Of a stretch of 64,000 bases of DNA, positions 62,085 through 64,000 are shown piece by piece (within the stretch, counting starts at the first letter, position 1; each line of letters begins with the position of its first letter). The stretch is taken from the NCBI GenBank assembly GCA_011109175.1, contig RDEW01000018.1, positions 803,304 through 867,303 on the forward strand, in the 5' to 3' direction. The notes below the pieces were generated by a model, which was not told the origin of the DNA, did not search any database, and worked only from the letters and a program-made list of their open reading frames with translations. The DNA is from Dicyema japonicum (taxonomy: Eukaryota; Animalia; Dicyemida). The position numbers were made by a program, and so were the translations under genes.

Positions 62085-62870
62085 CATGTGCTTTTTGTTG
62101 TTATAATTAGAACTTCATCTGGATCGTGTGGCTATAGCAACCAGCACTGAGGCCCGTTTTCCGAAGAGAACGGGCATTAATCAGGGTTATCCTGACTACT
62201 TTGGTTTTTTCGGTGGCTGCCCTCTCTTCTTAAGAGCACCACTCTCTTCTCTGTGTTGAAGCTTCTACTGTTTCTTTTTTTAGAAGGTTTTCTTATTATA
62301 TGTCGTTTCCAGCCAGTCTGCCCATACATTCTAAACTCTGACTTTATTTTTATTAGTTCCAGTTTTGGAAACTTCACTTCTCCATTATGGGCATTTCTCG
62401 TTTTAGAAATAATTTTCCATTCGATTCTTTCCTTTTTTGGTCAATTTTGTTTTTCTTCGCAATGTTAGCTTCAACGCATTTGGGCATCTTCCATAATTTA
62501 GTTTCGTTATAATTAGAAATCCTCTGGATCGTGCTGGCTATAGCAACAGCACTGAGGCCCGTTTCCAAAGAGAACGGCATTAATCGGCTATCCTGACTAC
62601 TTCTGGTTTTTTTTTTTCGGTGGCTGCCCTCTCTTCTCTGTATTGAAGCTTCTCTGTTTCTTTTTTAGAATGTTTCTTATTATATGTCCTATTCCAGCCA
62701 GTTTTAATTTCTTATTCGTTCCAATTTTGGAAACTTCACTTTCTCCATTAATGGGCATTTTCTCGTTTTTAGAGATAATTTTCCATTCGATTCTTTCCTT
62801 TTTGGTCAATTTTGTTTTTTTTTCGCTATGTTAGGCTTTAACAGCCTTGGGAGATCTTCCATAATTGGCA
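62085..62870 (-). repeat. Imperfect tandem duplication (about 420 and 360 bp) of a LINE ORF1-end/ORF2-start junction
   Basis: Both units share ttataattagaa...gctatagcaac...gcactgaggcccgttt...ttccataatt; minus strand reads ...KTKVVRITLINARSLRK. Confidence 0.75.
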
Positions 62871-62879
62871 AAGTCGATG

Positions 62880-63080
62880 GATGAACCACAATTCAAAGGA
62901 CTTATTATTGTTGTTAACCGGACACTGCGATCTTCTATGTGAATCAGAACAAACATGGCATCTTTCAACACATTTCCATTAGGCTTGAAGTATGTTTCTC
63001 AAACTCGTAGTATATTTCTTCGTCTTGTAGCACCAGTGGCACCACTTTTTCATTAGTCACAGTAAGCAAAGTAGACATTA
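62880..63080 (-). mobile_element. LINE ORF1 zinc-knuckle remnant leading into the duplicated unit
   Basis: CHWC...WKCVERCHVCSDSHRRSQCP. Confidence 0.4.
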
Positions 63081-63119
63081 AGCGTAATAGTAATAGTACA
63101 TATTAAACAATTTTTGTTA

Positions 63120-63679
63120 AGTAATTAATACTTTGTTATTTAACAATTGAAATCATATAAAGTATTCTAAGTGGTTAATTATTTAATACTTTCAATTTAT
63201 TAAATTTTATAATTTCATATTTATTAAAATCATTAATTTTTGACAGAATTTCAATTTCATTATTTTGACTTTAATAATTTAAATAATATACTTTTAATTG
63301 TTCTTTTAATATTAATATTGCTTTTTTGTATTTATTTAGTTGTTTAATTTCTACATTTTTCTCTTTGACTTTATTTTGAGTTAATTCATTTAATTTTAAT
63401 TTTAAACTGTCGTTCTGTCAATTAAATATAATTAATACTTCTAACTTGAGTTCTCTTACAATCTCAGTCTTTTGATTCAACATTTTTATTTTATTACTAT
63501 TCTCTTCATTCCATTTGATTTGCTTTTCATTAAAAATATTATCAATTTTAGTTAATAAATCTGTCATGAGACCTTCAAAGTATTTAAATAATGGATTTGT
63601 TAATATTCTTAATTATAATTATTGTTTACTCAATTTCATTACTAATTAATTCTTTCCACATATTATTAATACTACTCAT
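63120..63679 (-). CDS. Unknown coiled-coil protein with 22-24-nt introns
   Basis: MSSINNMWKELISNEIE|ILTNPLFKYFEGLMTDLL...ELKLE|NDSLKLKLNEL...; canonical micro-introns; 3' end uncertain. Confidence 0.5.
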
Positions 63680-63839
63680 CCTAATGTTACCATGGATTCA
63701 AACAGTTAGTAATTTCTTTAAGCGTTCATTTAATTTAGAACTTAATTCAAATATTCATTGCAACATCATAATTACTATTACATAACCGACCTGGTTCTAA
63801 AATAAAAAAATGTCCTTTTTCTCATAATTTGAATAAACT

Positions 63840-64000
63840 CTTCACGCTGGCGTCATTCAATTTTCGAAGCCTTAAAGATAGGTGGAAACCCGTAGACTTG
63901 AGCAGAGACCCAACAGCTTGCAAAATCACTCTATACAGTTTTCAAGAAACTAAATTAATGGAGGGAGTCCAGTCTTGATAGAGAATCTATAGAGTGTAAG
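63840..64000 (+). mobile_element. LINE APE N-terminus, running off the window end
   Basis: TLASFNFRSLKD...SFQETKL. Confidence 0.5.

Overview
AT-rich, very compact eukaryotic (animal) genomic DNA. Host genes are split by extremely short spliceosomal introns (mostly 19-27 nt). A Capicua-type domain plus a ciliary gene (CCDC146) and these tiny introns suggest a dicyemid mesozoan; this is inference. Recognisable genes: UTP15, a Capicua-L N-terminal-only gene, an intronless ELOVL6-like elongase, CCDC146, NDUFB7, RPL28 (missed by the ORF track), MAP3K4, WDR26, SKP2 and one or two unknown genes. Much of the rest is transposon sequence: an Ingi/Vingi-like APE-RT LINE family with a 2A-like motif, PHD-finger CRE elements, RTE and Jockey/I-like LINEs, a near-intact GC-rich R4/Dong-like element, two SINE-like families, a hAT/Buster remnant and a foldback MULE. 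Best leads: (1) an HDV-like ribozyme fold shared by the LINE 5' end and a non-autonomous partner, followed by a 2A motif; (2) three candidate GT-TG micro-introns in conserved genes; (3) a microsporidian-like retroelement; (4) a Capicua gene with no HMG box; (5) an intron-bearing ORF that opens only if TAA/TAG are read as Gln. Several conserved genes carry 1-nt frameshifts, mostly in homopolymers, so assembly error is a live alternative for single-base claims. All alignments to known proteins were made from memory, not computed.
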